A stretch of 64,000 bases of DNA. Source: Negaprion brevirostris. Lineage: Eukaryota. The notes beneath the pieces were generated by a model that saw only the letters and a program-made list of their open reading frames with translations, ran no database searches and was not told the DNA's origin. Position 1 is the first letter of the stretch. Every line of letters begins with the position of its first letter. Below are positions 62,216 to 64,000 of the stretch, piece by piece. The stretch covers positions 43,808,124 through 43,872,123 of the forward strand of contig JARDVH010000031.1 in NCBI GenBank assembly GCA_030324005.1. The letters run 5' to 3'. A program made the position numbers and the translations under genes.

Positions 62216-64000
62216 GTTGTTGAGGTTGCATTCGGATGTTGACATTGTGAGCAGAGATCAGGGGTTGCAACTGGATGGGGGACAGGCGATGTTGCAATTG
62301 GAGAGCTGAGATCAGACTCAGAGAGACGAGCAGCAGCTGGCAACCACAGTGGTCCACGTAGCTTGAATGTGGAGCGTAGCCCTGTCTCTCTCAGTTCCAT
62401 TTTCAGGTATGTATATTTTAAAATGTTTCCTTTTAGTCAGCAGCCCACAGCCATCTCTTTAAGGACCGCCTGTTACACCACATATGGACCTGGTTTTCCT
62501 GAACAAAGCGGCACCAGTGCTCGCTGCCTCAAGGCAATCTACATCATGCAGAGGGAGCCTCAAACAGTCATAATGCTCCTTACTTGCATGTGTAAAGAAA
62601 ATATTTTAGGCGTGAGCTTTTTTTTATATATACCAATAAGCTGGGTGGCACACTTCCGGCTTGTAATAGGCATGCACTTCCTGGCTGTCATATCTGGGGC
62701 TTAATCACTAGAAAAACAGGGACAGTGCCATCAAATGTCTGTGTCCTGGCCCTGAACAGATAAGTCCTTATTTCTCTTAAGGCTCCGTAGGGTAAAGTCT
62801 GTTCCATTTCCCAGCTGACTCCTTCCACCCCTGACTTAGCTACCATTGTGTGCCAATCCTCAGCAAACCTACTGCATTCCACTCTCAATAATAAACTATG
62901 TTCCATTTCTCCCTGTTTTTTTCCCCCCCATTTCTCAACTAAATGCAGACCATCGGATATCTATATAAAAAAGTCGTATTTTACAAAATTTCAATTCTTT
63001 TTTAAAAATCTCAATGATGACTGATCATAAGCTAGTCTTGGGGTGGGGAGGGCAGGGTTTGGTACAAGATAAGGCCCCACGTTCACACTGCTTTAGAAGC
63101 CATAATGCTTTCACAGATGATGTCACAGAGCAACATAAGGAATATACAATGCCTTCATAAACTTTTGAAACTGATGTATCCCCAATTATGCAATCTCTTT
63201 ATAAAACAGATCGGGATTCTGAAATAACAATTTTAAAAAGTGCTTACATTTTCCTTGCCCTTTGTTAGTACGATTTTGGTCAAGTTTAGTTAAAAATTTG
63301 TGTAATAATTGAAAATTTTTGCAGTAGCATATACTACAACAAAAATAACTGACTGTGAAGATGTAGGTAATAACAAGCTATTCCAATTGTTAGAAAATCA
63401 GTAGGTAGTATTCTTCATTTTGCTGCCTTTTTTTCTTATTGGATAAATCAATACCATACTTTATTGCAAAAAGCCAAAGACAGAAACAAAAACAGCCACC
63501 CAGAATAAGTAAAAGCTATCTCATTATTTGTGACTTAAAAAAAACAACTAGGGCACATTTCACAATCAATTGTGAGACCAAATGCATTTTTCTGAATAGA
63601 AAATTAACACACTTTCAAAGCAGGCGACTTGAAACAGAGAAGGTGCCAACTGCAGTTTGAGGGTATCTGAATGTGGTATATGCTGGTTTATGGTAAAGAG
63701 TTAACTTGTAGACAAAAAGGGAAGGGAGGTCGGCACCCAGCAGCCACTTGAATGTGAGTTTTTTTTTGTTTCCCTTGATGCATACCGAGCTCTCCGTTAT
63801 TAGTCTTAATGATGGAAAATTGTAGTGTTGATACAAATCTTTTTTTTAAAGCAATGGGCGGGAGCTCCATTTGTTAGTAAGTTCTTTGTGACTGAAAGCC
63901 ATGGATTGTACATCTACTGCAGAAAAGGCTGGATGCTCTTTCCATAGCACAGCTAATTACTCCCACTGTGACCTTGCTGATCTGCAATGTCCCCCCCTAC

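Overview
Vertebrate genomic DNA, most likely from a cartilaginous fish (shark), judged from its repeat families: HE1/V-SINEs, Deu-SINE, CR1, Penelope, Rex/Babar and Harbinger-type remnants. The only host gene I can support is the 3' half of mitochondrial methionine aminopeptidase METAP1D on the minus strand. Four coding exons (98, 48, 79 and 85 nt, at 19824-19727, 9352-9305, 7925-7847 and 7697-7613) have GT-AG junctions and splice in frame. The next upstream exon was not found, so 19825-64000 appears to be one intron of more than 44 kb filled with decayed transposons. In jawed vertebrates METAP1D lies just upstream of the DLX1/DLX2 cluster and hosts Dlx enhancers. Consistent with that, 2-8 kb is CpG-retaining and repeat-poor, and several repeat-free TAAT-rich blocks look like candidate enhancers (inference). 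Other notable items: a minimal hammerhead ribozyme motif in a Penelope pseudo-LTR, a Ginger2/TDD-like integrase transposon relic, a CR1 copy with an internal inversion, a three-layer transposon nest, an inverted SINE pair, and an unexplained ~2 kb coding-like relic. I found no evidence of an intact novel multi-gene system. Family assignments come from recalled motifs, not database searches.
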